This document shows positions 10,864-22,018 of a stretch of DNA of 64,000 bases, piece after piece. A program made the position numbers and the translations under genes. The stretch covers positions 51,835-115,834 of the forward strand of contig JAMHVU010000071.1 in assembly GCA_035911355.1 (NCBI GenBank), given 5' to 3'. Origin of the DNA: Sphingobium sp. (lineage in GTDB: Bacteria; Pseudomonadota; Alphaproteobacteria; Sphingomonadales; Sphingomonadaceae). The notes under the pieces are model-generated. The model was not told where the DNA came from and did no database searches. It saw only the letters and a program-made list of their open reading frames with translations. Position 1 is the first letter of the stretch; each line of letters begins with the position of its first letter.

Positions 10864-11037
10864 GAGGGATTGCTCCTGCGTTCAGATGTCTTGTGAAACT
10901 AGCCCCTGCCGCGCCTCGCGCAAGGCGGCCAGCCGGAAAATCTTGAACGGCGCCTATGATCCCATGGAAAAGCCGGCGGCATGGGGTGTGGATTGACCCC
11001 GATGCGCGCCGGCTTTCTCTCGATAAGGGCCTGTCCC

Positions 11038-11059
11038 CGGCGCGATCATCATCGCGCCG
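11038..11059 (-). terminator. Hairpin just downstream of ilvC
   Basis: CGGCGCGAT-CATC-ATCGCGCCG perfect 9-bp stem; no strong U tract. Confidence 0.45.
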
Positions 11060-11075
11060 AGAACGCCCATGTCGT

Positions 11076-12104
<1,029 letters not shown>

Positions 12105-12180
12105 CTAACTCGATGTACCAAGATGAATGCTCCCGACCGGGAAGGCCGGAAGCCGCGAAAAATAAACCTGTTTGCCGGTG

Positions 12181-12696
12181 TCAGGCGCCCGCCCGGCCCC
12201 GCACCATGCCGACCACGCCGGTCCGGCCGACTTCCACAAGGCCGATCTGCCGCATCAGTTCGACGAAGCGGTCGATCTTCTCGGTCGCGCCGGTAATCTC
12301 GAAGATGAAGCTCTCGATGGTGGTGTCGACCACCTTGGCGCGGAAGACATCGGCGAGGCGCAGCGCCTCGATGCGATGCTCGCCTGTGCCGCCGACCTTC
12401 ACCAGAGCGAGTTCGCGCTCGACATAGGGGCCGATTTCGGTGAGATCGATAACCTTGTGGACAGGAACAAGCCGGTCGAGCTGGGCGATGATCTGATCGA
12501 TCACCTTGGGCGTGCCGGCGGTGACGATGGTGATCCGGCTGACCTTGTGGTCCTCCGAAATATCGGCGACGGTCAGGCTCTCGATATTATAGCCGCGGGC
12601 GGTGAACATGCCGGCGATGCGGGCGAGGATGCCCGCCTCATTGCCGACGATGATCGAGAGCACATGCCGCTCGCTCGCTTCCTCGCGGATATGCAT
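12181..12696 (-). CDS. ilvN: Acetolactate synthase small (regulatory) subunit
   Basis: NEAGILARIAGMFTARGYNIESL, ERELALVKV, EVGRTG. Confidence 0.96.
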   Translation of the reverse strand: MHIREEASERHVLSIIVGNEAGILARIAGMFTARGYNIESLTVADISEDHKVSRITIVTAGTPKVIDQIIAQLDRLVPVHKVIDLTEIGPYVERELALVKVGGTGEHRIEALRLADVFRAKVVDTTIESFIFEITGATEKIDRFVELMRQIGLVEVGRTGVVGMVRGRAGA

Positions 12697-12697
12697 C

Positions 12698-13063
12698 TCA
12701 AAATCCCTTATTGTCTGCTGGAGTGTCATTCGGGTGATTGTCCGTCTCGGGTGGGGCGAGGGAGAGCATTCCTGTCATCGCGAAATGCCAGCCGTCCGGC
12801 GTCTTGTGGGCAATGCGGACCGAGAAGCCCATGAAGCTGTCAAAGACCCGGGAAAGATGTTCACCGATATAGCGGGGGGCAACCACAACCGCGTCATAGT
12901 CATGCTCGTTGAAGGTGAACCGGTCTTCGAGATAAAGCAGCCATTCTTCCGCTTCCGCATGATGATGATCGCGCGTCGTCCCGTAGAGATCGGTAAAGCC
13001 GTTCGCCCGCTCGAAATCGAACGGTTCGCTGACGTGCAGGCGAAGGCGGACCGGCGGATGCAT
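12698..13063 (-). CDS. Hypothetical protein inserted in the ilv operon
   Basis: Fills the ilvB-ilvN gap exactly; start overlaps ilvB stop (TGATG); stop 1 nt before ilvN start. Confidence 0.7.
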   Translation of the reverse strand: MHPPVRLRLHVSEPFDFERANGFTDLYGTTRDHHHAEAEEWLLYLEDRFTFNEHDYDAVVVAPRYIGEHLSRVFDSFMGFSVRIAHKTPDGWHFAMTGMLSLAPPETDNHPNDTPADNKGF

Positions 13064-14808
13064 CAGACCAGTGCTTTCGCCTCGTCGTTCATCGTGCCGG
13101 AAACCTGGCTCGGGTCGAGCAGCATGTCGGTATGCGCCGCGCCGCTCGGGATCATCGGGAAGCAGTTGGAGAGCTTGGCGACACGGCAGTCAACCAGCAC
13201 CGGGCCGGGATGAGCGATCATCTCCTGTATGCCCGCCGCCAGCTCCTGTGGACCCTCGATCCGGATCCCTTTCCACCCATAGGCCTCGGCGAGCTTCACG
13301 AAATCGGGAAGGCTGTCCGAATAGCTGTTTGAATAGCGGCTCTCATAGGTCAGCTCCTGCCACTGGCGGACCATGCCCATATATTCATTGTTGAGAATGA
13401 AGATCTTGACCGGCAGGCGATATTGCGTGGCCGTGCCCAGCTCCTGAATGTTCATCTGGATCGAGGCGTCGCCGGCGATGTCGATGACCAGCGCATCGGG
13501 ATTGCCAAGCTGTGCACCGATGGCGGCGGGCAGGCCATAGCCCATCGTGCCGAGGCCGCCGCTCGTCAGCCATTTGTTCGGCGCGTCGAAGTGGAAATGT
13601 TGCGCCGCCCACATCTGGTGCTGGCCGACCTCGGTGGTGATGACGACATCCTTGCCCCGGGTCGCGGCAAACAGCTCCGCGATCGCGCGCTGTGGCATGA
13701 TCTCGGTGCCGTCCTCAGGATAATCGAGGCTCCGACGCGCGCGCCATTCATCAACGCTGGCCCACCATGCCGTGAGGTCTGGCTTGGCATAGCCGCGTGC
13801 CTCAAGGCCGGCGATGATCGCGTCCAGCGCGCGCCCGCAATCGGCGACGACCGGGACATCGACCTCGACCGTCTTGTTGATCGAGCTACGGTCGATATCG
13901 ATGTGGACCTTGCGGCTTTCAGGCGAGAAGGCATCGAGCCGCCCGGTCACGCGATCATCGAACCGGGCGCCGACGCAGAGGATGAGATCCGCTTTGTTCA
14001 TCGCCAGATTGGCCTCATAGGTGCCGTGCATTCCCAGCATCCCCACCCATTGTGGTGAGGAAGCGGGGAAGGCGCCCAGGCCCATGAGCGTGGAGGTGAC
14101 GGGACAGCCCATCATGTCCGCGAGCCGGCGCAGCGATATGCTCGCCTCCGGCCCCGCGTTGATGACGCCGCCGCCTGTGTAGAGAATTGGCCGTTCGGCT
14201 TTCAGGATAAGGTCGATTGTCGCATCGATGGCTGCGGCTTCTGGCTCGGCCTGCGGGCGATAGCTCTGATGGACGATCGGCGCTGGCTTTTCAAACCGTG
14301 CCGTCGCGACCTGCACGTCCTTGGGAATGTCGATGACGACAGGGCCGGGCCTGCCTGACGTCGCGATATGGAACGCCTCATGAATGGTGCGGGCGAGATC
14401 GCCGGGCTGCTTCACCAGATAATTATGCTTGGTGCAGTGGCGCGTAAGGCCGACCGTATCCGCTTCCTGAAAGGCGTCGGTGCCGATGAGGTGCGTGGCG
14501 ACCTGTCCGGTAATGACGACCATGGGGATGGAATCGAGCAGTGCATCGGTAATGCCGGTAATCGCGTTGGTCGCGCCGGGGCCGGAGGTGACGAGCACGA
14601 CACCTGGCTTGCCCGTGGAGCGGGCATAGCCCTCCGCCATGTGCGTCGCGCCCTGCTCATGCCGCACGAGGATGTGTTTGATCTTCGGGTGCTCATAAAT
14701 GGCATCGTAAATGGGCAGCACGGCGCCGCCTGGATAGCCGAAAACCGTATCGACTCCGAGATCGAGCAGGCATTGAACCAGGATATCGGCACCGCTGAGT
14801 TCGGACAC
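13063..14808 (-). CDS. ilvB: Acetolactate synthase large subunit
   Basis: FGYPGGA, RHEQGA, TSGPGATN, DAFQEAD, GMLGMHG, GDAS...NN ThDP motif; GTG start inferred. Confidence 0.97.
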   Translation of the reverse strand: MSELSGADILVQCLLDLGVDTVFGYPGGAVLPIYDAIYEHPKIKHILVRHEQGATHMAEGYARSTGKPGVVLVTSGPGATNAITGITDALLDSIPMVVITGQVATHLIGTDAFQEADTVGLTRHCTKHNYLVKQPGDLARTIHEAFHIATSGRPGPVVIDIPKDVQVATARFEKPAPIVHQSYRPQAEPEAAAIDATIDLILKAERPILYTGGGVINAGPEASISLRRLADMMGCPVTSTLMGLGAFPASSPQWVGMLGMHGTYEANLAMNKADLILCVGARFDDRVTGRLDAFSPESRKVHIDIDRSSINKTVEVDVPVVADCGRALDAIIAGLEARGYAKPDLTAWWASVDEWRARRSLDYPEDGTEIMPQRAIAELFAATRGKDVVITTEVGQHQMWAAQHFHFDAPNKWLTSGGLGTMGYGLPAAIGAQLGNPDALVIDIAGDASIQMNIQELGTATQYRLPVKIFILNNEYMGMVRQWQELTYESRYSNSYSDSLPDFVKLAEAYGWKGIRIEGPQELAAGIQEMIAHPGPVLVDCRVAKLSNCFPMIPSGAAHTDMLLDPSQVSGTMNDEAKALV

Positions 14809-14907
14809 GAAACACTCCAGACATTTCACTATATCGCCGGCCTTGCGTCATTGCATGGACGGTGACAAGGCGCAGCCCATATTTGGCATAATATATTGTG
14901 TCAACTC

Positions 14908-15882
14908 CTATAAACGAAATAATCTTATAATATTATCGCTATCGGTGTCATATGTGCACTCGCGAAAGCGCGGCCAGTTGACAGGCGGCTGGTGTGCGAA
15001 CCACGTATACTGCCGCTTGGCATAGCGTCGTGTCGCGCTTTGTCCCTGCGCGACCATCGTGGCGTGATCGACCCTGCCATCAAGAAAAGCGGAGATCTCC
15101 GGTACGCCGATCGCGCGCATGACGGGCAGGGCAGGGGCGAGTGCGCGCGCGCGCAGGGCCGCCACTTCATCAAATGCGCCATTATCCAGCATGACGAGAA
15201 AGCGCCGGTCGCAGCGCTCGATGAGCCAGTCGCGCGGTGGCAGGAGGATGAGTGGGTGCAGACTTATGGCGTCGCCGATCCCGCCCACACGCTCAGCCTG
15301 CCAGTGGGCGATCGATTGCCCGGTCGATCGCACCACTTCCAGAGCGCGGGCAATTCGTGCGCTGTCTCCCGCATTGAGCCGGGCGGCCGCGGCCGGGTCT
15401 TCCTGATCGAGCGCGGCATAGGCCTCGCCCACGGGCAGGGCACGCACGCTGGTTCGAATGTCCGGGTCGATGTCCGGTATGGGCGCAATGCCATCGATCA
15501 GGGTGCGGATATAGAGCCCGGTCCCGCCGACCAGCACGGGAAGCTGCCCGGCAGCATGCGCGCGGCTGATCTCGGCTCGGGCATCGGCGGCCCAGCGCGC
15601 CGCCGAGCAGGGCTCCGCCCCGTCAATATAGCCAAAGAGCCTGTGTGGAGTCTGCGCCATCTCCTGCGCGGAGGGGCGAGCGGAGAGAATCGCAATATCG
15701 GCATAAACCTGGCTGGCATCTGCATTGATGACGATGCCGTTCGCGGCCTGTGCGAGCGCGATGGCTAATGCGCTCTTGCCGCTGGCGGTCGGCCCGGCAA
15801 TAAGCGCGACCGGTGGACGGGCGAGGGATGGTGCCTCGTCCGGGTGGGAGGCGGTTTTCGGCATGACGGGTGAATTGGGCAT
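14908..15882 (-). CDS. miaA: tRNA dimethylallyltransferase
   Basis: [39 protein letters not shown]; start may be 15864. Confidence 0.96.
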   Translation of the reverse strand: MPNSPVMPKTASHPDEAPSLARPPVALIAGPTASGKSALAIALAQAANGIVINADASQVYADIAILSARPSAQEMAQTPHRLFGYIDGAEPCSAARWAADARAEISRAHAAGQLPVLVGGTGLYIRTLIDGIAPIPDIDPDIRTSVRALPVGEAYAALDQEDPAAAARLNAGDSARIARALEVVRSTGQSIAHWQAERVGGIGDAISLHPLILLPPRDWLIERCDRRFLVMLDNGAFDEVAALRARALAPALPVMRAIGVPEISAFLDGRVDHATMVAQGQSATRRYAKRQYTWFAHQPPVNWPRFRECTYDTDSDNIIRLFRL

Positions 15883-16759
15883 GGTGGCGACCTTAGTCGC
15901 CCATGACGGTCTCGGGCAGGGGGAAGTGAACGCGGCGCGCGATGCGTTGGCCGATGCGGGCCTCGTGCCCGATGCCGCAGCATGGATTGATGACGGTGAG
16001 GCAGCGGCAATTCCCTTTGCCGGCGCGGCGGATGTTGCGCGCGCGGCTCTCGATGAGGCAGGGCTGACTGCCGATTATCTGGTGGTGCCGCCCGGCGCGG
16101 ACACCTGTGGCCTCTTCGTCGCGGACATGGATTCGACGATGATTACGGTCGAATGCATCGACGAGCTGGCGGACTATGCCGGCCTTAAGGCTCAGATTGC
16201 TGAGGTGACTGAGCGGGCGATGCGTGGCGAGCTGGACTTTTCCGAAGCGCTCGATAGCCGGGTCGCACTGCTCGCGGGGCTAGCCGAATCCGTCATTGAT
16301 CAGTGCCGGGCAGACCGTGTCCGGCTGATGCCGGGCGCACGCGCGCTGGTGCGGACCTTGCGCGCGCGTGGCGCTTATACGCTTCTTGTCTCGGGTGGCT
16401 TCATGCCCTTTGCCGTTCCCGTGGCCGGGGAGATCGGTTTTGACCGGGCACTGGCCAACACGCTTCACATCGCTGATGGCAAGCTCGCTGGCACGGTTGC
16501 CCGGCCGATTGTCGACGCTGCGCGCAAACAGGCGGAGTTGACCGGGGAGGCGACGCGGCGTGGCATTGCGCCGGCGCGGACGATTGCCATTGGCGATGGC
16601 GCCAATGACATCCCGATGATCGAGACGGCCGGTTTTGGTATCGCCTATCATGCCAAGCCCAAGACGCGTGCGGCAGCTGATGCGTCGATTGACCGGGGTG
16701 ATCTATCCGTTCTGCTGCACGCGCTTGGCATTCCGCGCGGACAATGGGTGGTGGACTGA
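15881..16759 (+). CDS. serB: Phosphoserine phosphatase
   Basis: DMDST, ECIDELA, VSGGF, GDGAND HAD motifs; start 15881 or 15863. Confidence 0.95.
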   Translation: MVATLVAHDGLGQGEVNAARDALADAGLVPDAAAWIDDGEAAAIPFAGAADVARAALDEAGLTADYLVVPPGADTCGLFVADMDSTMITVECIDELADYAGLKAQIAEVTERAMRGELDFSEALDSRVALLAGLAESVIDQCRADRVRLMPGARALVRTLRARGAYTLLVSGGFMPFAVPVAGEIGFDRALANTLHIADGKLAGTVARPIVDAARKQAELTGEATRRGIAPARTIAIGDGANDIPMIETAGFGIAYHAKPKTRAAADASIDRGDLSVLLHALGIPRGQWVVD

Positions 16760-16766
16760 AACGCGC

Positions 16767-17831
16767 CTATTGCTGCTTGACGAGGCAGGCATTGCCCGCT
16801 GCCTTCACCCGCTCGCAGATCTGAGCGGCCTCGCCCTGGCTGGCGAGTGGCCCTGCCTGAAGCCGCGTGACGCCGCCACCTTCCATGAGGAAGGGTTGCA
16901 GGCCGGCAAGGCCTTGCACCCGAGCCGAGAGCGATTTCCACAGGGCTTCGGCGCGGCCCTGCTCGCCAAATGCGCCGAGCTGCACGCGCCAGCGGCCATT
17001 GGCAGCAGCTTTTACAGCAGGAGCCGGCGTGGGAATGGGCGCGGGTTTTACGACCGGCGCCGGAGTGGGCGTGAAAACCGGTGCCGGCTGGGGCTCGGGG
17101 CTCGGCTGAGGTATCGAAGCCGGCACCGGGACTTGCGTGACGGCTGAGGGAGGGCCCGCCACGGGTCTGGCAACCGGCTTCGCTGCGGGCATCGCGTTAG
17201 GGGTGGATGGCACGCCGCGCAGTGGCGCGGCCTGTGCGATCTGAACGGGCGCCGGGGTCGGCGCGGTGCCGGCCTCTATGCTCGCGGCGAGGGCGAGGCC
17301 TCGTTCCCGCTGATCGGCGGGGATATACTGGTCCATCTGACGCAGGCTGTCCGCCGCCTGGCCGACACCACTTTTCGCCGCGCGGCTCATCAACGCATAG
17401 GCACGCACCCAGTCCTGCGGGACGAGATCGCCGTTGAACAGCGATGTGGCGTAGATATATTCCGCGCGCGGCTCACCCCGCTCGGCGGATTCCCGGATGA
17501 TGGGAATGGCTTCCTCCCGCCGACCTTGCTGGAAGAGCAGCAATCCATAGTTGTCCGTGGCGCGCTCATGGCCCTGTGCATGGGCTTGTCTATACCAGTC
17601 GAGTGCGGCGGGGAGGTCCACGGGTACGCCGCGCCCGAGCTTATAGGCCTGACCCATGTTAAACTGTGCGTCGGCATCCCCGGCGACGGCGAGCGGGCGC
17701 CACTGCGCCACGGCGCGCTCATAGTCGCCCTGTGTCCAGGCATCGACTCCGGCTTTCACGTCCGCACGCGCCGGCGCGGCGGAGAGCGCGGAGAGCGCCA
17801 GCATGGCGGCAAGAGCGGATGTGAACCTCAT
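16767..17831 (-). CDS. Exported Sel1-repeat protein with Pro-rich linker and C-terminal SPOR domain
   Basis: Signal peptide; Sel1 repeats (AQFNMGQAYKLGRGV); WRVQLGAF...C...C SPOR domain. Confidence 0.88.
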   Translation of the reverse strand: MRFTSALAAMLALSALSAAPARADVKAGVDAWTQGDYERAVAQWRPLAVAGDADAQFNMGQAYKLGRGVPVDLPAALDWYRQAHAQGHERATDNYGLLLFQQGRREEAIPIIRESAERGEPRAEYIYATSLFNGDLVPQDWVRAYALMSRAAKSGVGQAADSLRQMDQYIPADQRERGLALAASIEAGTAPTPAPVQIAQAAPLRGVPSTPNAMPAAKPVARPVAGPPSAVTQVPVPASIPQPSPEPQPAPVFTPTPAPVVKPAPIPTPAPAVKAAANGRWRVQLGAFGEQGRAEALWKSLSARVQGLAGLQPFLMEGGGVTRLQAGPLASQGEAAQICERVKAAGNACLVKQQ

Positions 17832-17920
17832 ATCTGTCAATGCTCCCCGATGGAGACCGCGAAAGACGCCGTGATGCGCCTGACCCTCGTCTCTTGGCCT
17901 CTGGCCTTATGCAGACAAGG

Positions 17921-17936
17921 TTAACCATTCATTAGC
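17921..17936 (+). promoter_or_regulatory. CtrA-like box 1
   Basis: TTAA-CCATTCA-TTAGC vs consensus TTAA-N7-TTAAC (1 mismatch) in a divergent intergenic region. Confidence 0.6.
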
Positions 17937-17983
17937 ATCATTCATATGTGAGCGATGCATTGCGGCTGCGACATATGCGGCTT

Positions 17984-17998
17984 TTAACCAAATTTTAG
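17984..17998 (+). promoter_or_regulatory. CtrA-like box 2
   Basis: TTAA-CCAAATT-TTAG; same N7 spacing, 63 bp from box 1. Confidence 0.55.
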
Positions 17999-18054
17999 AT
18001 GTGGGCATGAGATCGTCCGTCAATGCGGACCGAATTTCCCGTGGGGGACTGATT

Positions 18055-18759
18055 TTGCGGATATTGGCTTTAGCCTCTCAAAAGGGCGGATCGGGCAAGA
18101 CGACCCTGTCGGGTCATCTCTCGGTGCAGGCGCAGCGCGCCGGTGCCGGGCCGGTCGTGCTTATCGATATCGATCCGCAGGGCTCTCTGTCCGAATGGTG
18201 GAATGAGCGCACCGACGATTACCCCGCCTTTGCCCAGACGACAGTGGCGCGCCTCGCGACGGATCTGGAAGCGCTGCGCGCGCAGGGCTTCAAGCTTGCC
18301 GTTATCGATACGCCGCCGGCCATCACGATGGCGATCCAGAGCGTCATCTCGGTGGCTGAACTCATCGTGGTGCCCACGCGCCCCAGTCCGCATGACCTGC
18401 GCGCGGTTGGCGCGACGGTGGACCTGTGCGAGCGGGCCGGCAAACCGCTCATCTTCGTGGTGAACGCCGCGACCCCCAAGGCGCGCATCACCTCGGAAGC
18501 GGCGATCGCGCTCTCTCAGCATGGCACGGTGGCGCCAATCACCATTCACCACCGCACGGATTTCGCCGCCTCGATGATTGACGGCCGTACGGTGATGGAG
18601 CTCGATCCGCAGGGGCGATCAGCCAAGGAGGTCGAGGCATTGTGGGCCTATATCTCGGATCGGCTGGAACGGAATTTCCGCCGCACCGTCTTCGCCGTGC
18701 CGGCTGGCGCGGCCGGCGCGCGGCAGCAGACCGGCTTTGGCCGGCGGGTGTCGCACTGA
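18055..18759 (+). CDS. ParA/Soj-family ATPase (orphan)
   Basis: Deviant Walker A QKGGSGKTT, DIDPQGSL, IDTPP, VPTRPSPHDL; TTG start after GGGGA. Confidence 0.92.
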   Translation: MRILALASQKGGSGKTTLSGHLSVQAQRAGAGPVVLIDIDPQGSLSEWWNERTDDYPAFAQTTVARLATDLEALRAQGFKLAVIDTPPAITMAIQSVISVAELIVVPTRPSPHDLRAVGATVDLCERAGKPLIFVVNAATPKARITSEAAIALSQHGTVAPITIHHRTDFAASMIDGRTVMELDPQGRSAKEVEALWAYISDRLERNFRRTVFAVPAGAAGARQQTGFGRRVSH

Positions 18760-19298
18760 TGAGCGGCGCCAGCGAACCGCGCCCCGCAGCCGCGCTTTCG
18801 GCCGGCTTGCTTGCCCGCCGTGGTGCGGCGGAGCCAGCGATGCGTCGGGCGCAGCTCAATGACGGTATCGCCAGTGTCAAACCGTCGCTGGATGACCTTG
18901 GCTGGAACGACATGGGTGAGGATCGGGTTCGACCAGAGCGACCCATTGATCAGCCGGCTCCGACCCAGCTGCCAAAGGCGCCCGTGTCGCCCTTATCCGC
19001 GCCGCAGCCCGTCGCGCAGCAGATCGCGGCGATCGCTCGGCGCATAGCGGCCCGGCCGTCCATCGAGCTGGCGTTTGAGCCGGAGAACGCGCCGGAGCCG
19101 CGCGTGCGCCCGGCGCGCGGGCGGAAGGCTGCCTTTACGCTCCGACTGGATAGCGAACGCCATCTGCGCCTGCGATTGCTGAGCGCGATCACGCACAAAT
19201 CGGCACAACAGCTTTTGGTGGAGGTGCTCGACAGCATGCTCGCCGAACATGACGAACTGGAAGACATCGCCCGCCGGACCAAGACGGCGCGGAGTTGA
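18759..19298 (+). CDS. Hypothetical protein with Pro-rich N-half and C-terminal ribbon-helix-helix-like segment
   Basis: TGATG coupling to ParA; C-terminal RKAAFTLRLDSERHLRLRLLSAITHKSAQQLLVEVLD has a strand-helix-helix pattern. Confidence 0.7.
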   Translation: MSGASEPRPAAALSAGLLARRGAAEPAMRRAQLNDGIASVKPSLDDLGWNDMGEDRVRPERPIDQPAPTQLPKAPVSPLSAPQPVAQQIAAIARRIAARPSIELAFEPENAPEPRVRPARGRKAAFTLRLDSERHLRLRLLSAITHKSAQQLLVEVLDSMLAEHDELEDIARRTKTARS

Positions 19299-19324
19299 CG
19301 ATTTAAGGACGGGGACGAACGGAC

Positions 19325-20776
19325 ATGACGAAGATGAAGATCGGCAATGCCAGGCGGACACGGGCCACGCTCATGGCCTCGGCGCTCATCCTCGGCTCAT
19401 CCATGGTGGGCTGCTCCGGCGCGAGCCTTGATCGGCGACCAGCGATCGCGGCGGCGCAAGGTCCGGTGACGGCGACGCGGATCGAGAAAGCGCTGGCCAG
19501 CAAGGATTTCGCGCGGGCTCTGCTTGATGCCGAGCGTCTTGTGGCAGCGGCGCCGCAGGAGGCGAGCTATCGTGCCCTTCTTGGCCGCGCCTATCTCGCC
19601 AACGGTCGTTATCTCTCGGCCCGCAGTGCCTTTTCGGACGCGATGACACTGGGCAACCGTGACGTCCGTACCATCGTCAGCCTTGCGCTTGCCGAGGCTG
19701 GCACAGGCCATGGCGCCAGCGCTCGCGCGCTGCTGGAGCAGAATATCTCCAATCTTCCTGCCGGCGACTATGGCCTCGCAATGGCCATTGCCGGCGATCC
19801 TCAGGAGGGAGTGCGCGCGCTGCTGGAAGCCGTTGCCATGGAAGGCGCCACGGCGACGACGCGGCAGAACCTCGCTTATGCGTTCGCTCTGGCTGGCGAT
19901 TGGGCTCAGGCGGAGATGACGGTTACGCAGGATATGGATGCCGCGACGGCGCGTGAGCGGCTCGCGCAATGGTCGCAGGCCGCACGCCAGGGTGCGGAGC
20001 CATTGCGGGTTGCCGCGCTGATCGGCGTAATGCCGCGCCTGGACGATGCCGGGATGCCGGTGCAGCTGGCGCTGAATGCCGTACCCGGGGCTGCTGTGCA
20101 GCAGGCGAGCGTTGACGGTCTCATCGGGCAGGCGCGGGCGGACGTTTCCGCCGAGGCGCCGCCGCCGGTCGAGATGGCGGCCGCGCAAGACGCACCGCAG
20201 CCGGCCGATCTGCCAGGAGGAGACGGGCTCGTCACCGAGCGCGTGCCTGCCGCGACCCTCGCTGCCGCCTTCGATACACCGCCAGCGCCCGTTGTGCGCG
20301 CGCCCGATGATGCGATGCGCAGTGCGCTCAAGACGGCCTTCGCGCGCAGGAGCGGCACATCCGATGATGCCTTCTCGCGAAAGCTTCCCACGCCCGTCGC
20401 GCCCGAGAAGGCAAGTGACTGGGTTGTCCAACTCGGCGCTTATGACAGCCATGCGGTCGCCGCCGAGAAATGGGGGCATATCCGCAAGGCACGACCGGGG
20501 CTCAAGGGCTATGCGGTGGTGAACAGCACGCTCGACTTGCGCGGCCGTCTTTTCCATCGCCTGGCGATCCGGGGCTTTGGCGATCGTTCCGATGCGGCGG
20601 CGCTGTGTGCTTCCATGCGGTCAAGCGGGCAGGCCTGTTTCGTGCGGACGGATGACCGCGCGAGCGCGGGTATGATGGCGCGGGCCGGGGCAGGGAAGAG
20701 TATACCGGTATCCCGTCAGACAGCGCAGTCGGCACCGGCCAAGCGTCCGTCGACGCGGCAGGTCGCTTCGCGTTGA
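19325..20776 (+). CDS. Lipoprotein with TPR repeats and C-terminal SPOR domain
   Basis: Lipobox-like SMVGC; TPR helices (LLGRAYLANG, RQNLAYAFALAGDW); WVVQLGAY...C...C. Confidence 0.85.
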   Translation: MTKMKIGNARRTRATLMASALILGSSMVGCSGASLDRRPAIAAAQGPVTATRIEKALASKDFARALLDAERLVAAAPQEASYRALLGRAYLANGRYLSARSAFSDAMTLGNRDVRTIVSLALAEAGTGHGASARALLEQNISNLPAGDYGLAMAIAGDPQEGVRALLEAVAMEGATATTRQNLAYAFALAGDWAQAEMTVTQDMDAATARERLAQWSQAARQGAEPLRVAALIGVMPRLDDAGMPVQLALNAVPGAAVQQASVDGLIGQARADVSAEAPPPVEMAAAQDAPQPADLPGGDGLVTERVPAATLAAAFDTPPAPVVRAPDDAMRSALKTAFARRSGTSDDAFSRKLPTPVAPEKASDWVVQLGAYDSHAVAAEKWGHIRKARPGLKGYAVVNSTLDLRGRLFHRLAIRGFGDRSDAAALCASMRSSGQACFVRTDDRASAGMMARAGAGKSIPVSRQTAQSAPAKRPSTRQVASR

Positions 20777-20797
20777 TGCTTTAGGGCCGGCCTTCCG

Positions 20798-22018
20798 TTA
20801 GCGGAAGATGCCGCCCTTCATGATGCGCCGTGCGCGGCCCTGAACCGGCAGCTTGTCGAACGGGGTGTTGCCGGCTGCCGCCGCCATGCGATTTGAGTCG
20901 ACCTGCCAGGGCGTCTCGGGATCGATGAAGATGAGATCCGCCGGAGCGCCCGGCGCAAGACGTCCGGCGTCGAGGTCGAGCAGCCGCGCGGGATTTGCCG
21001 CGAGCAGTGCCATCATCCGTGTTTCGTTGATGAGGCCATCCCGGACGAGATTGAGTGCGAGCGGAAGCAGCGTTTCCGCGCCCGCCATGCCCGGTGCCGC
21101 ATCGGCGAAGGGGAGGCGCTTGTCTTCCGGCCCACGCGGATCATGGCCGGAGCAGAGCACATCGACTGTGCCATCGGCCACGGCCGCCAGCGCTGCCTTA
21201 CGGTCCGCATCGCTTCGCAGTGGGGGGGAAAGGCGCGCGAAAGTACGGAAATCGCTCACTGCGTTGTCACTGAGGAAGAGATAGGCCGGGCTCACCCCGC
21301 AGGTGACGGCCAGGCCTTCGGCCTTTGCGGCACGGATCAGATCAAATCCCGCGCGAGTCGTCACCAGCCGGAAATGGATGCGCGCGCCGGCCGCGCGGGC
21401 GAGCGAGATATCGCGGGCAATGGCAATGGCTTCCGCGCAGGCGGGTGCGGCTGCCAGACCAAGACGCGAGGCCGTCTCGCCCTCGGTTGCCACGGTCCCG
21501 GCGGTAAGCGCGCCATCTTCGGCATGCGTAACGACAGTGAGCCCGAGCGCGCCGGCATATTGGAGAACGCGCAGCATCACGGCCGAATCGGCGATCCAGT
21601 GCCGGCCGGTGGCGATGGCGCGGGCACCGGCGGCGCGCATCATCGCCATTTCGCCAAGTTCCTTGCCGGCGAGACCTCGCGTCGCGGCGCCCATCGGGTG
21701 AACCCAGAAGTCCGGCTTTCCCGCGCGCGCGGCATGCTGAACAAGGCCCGGATCATCAAGCGGTGGCGACTGATCGGGCATGAGCGCGACGCGGGTGATG
21801 CCGCCAAAGCGAAAGGCAGGCTTGTCGGTACGGAAGACGCCAAGATCCACGATTCCCGGCGCGACGATCATGCCGTTCGCATCCACGCGCTCGGCCTCTG
21901 CGGGGATCTCGGTGGCAGCGTCCACCGCGACGATATGATCGCCCTCGACCAATATGGTCGCATGGGTCAGCTCGTCGCTGGCGGGATCGCACACCCGCCC
22001 GCCGGTGATCGCGATCAT
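20798..22018 (-). CDS. Dihydroorotase homolog, probably inactive PyrC' (ATCase structural subunit)
   Basis: DHOase-family motifs (GGIT, THAED, LSPPLRS, NPA, NTPF) but HxH replaced by DLGVF and DHAPH by GHDPR; coupled to pyrB. Confidence 0.85.
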   Translation of the reverse strand: MIAITGGRVCDPASDELTHATILVEGDHIVAVDAATEIPAEAERVDANGMIVAPGIVDLGVFRTDKPAFRFGGITRVALMPDQSPPLDDPGLVQHAARAGKPDFWVHPMGAATRGLAGKELGEMAMMRAAGARAIATGRHWIADSAVMLRVLQYAGALGLTVVTHAEDGALTAGTVATEGETASRLGLAAAPACAEAIAIARDISLARAAGARIHFRLVTTRAGFDLIRAAKAEGLAVTCGVSPAYLFLSDNAVSDFRTFARLSPPLRSDADRKAALAAVADGTVDVLCSGHDPRGPEDKRLPFADAAPGMAGAETLLPLALNLVRDGLINETRMMALLAANPARLLDLDAGRLAPGAPADLIFIDPETPWQVDSNRMAAAAGNTPFDKLPVQGRARRIMKGGIFR

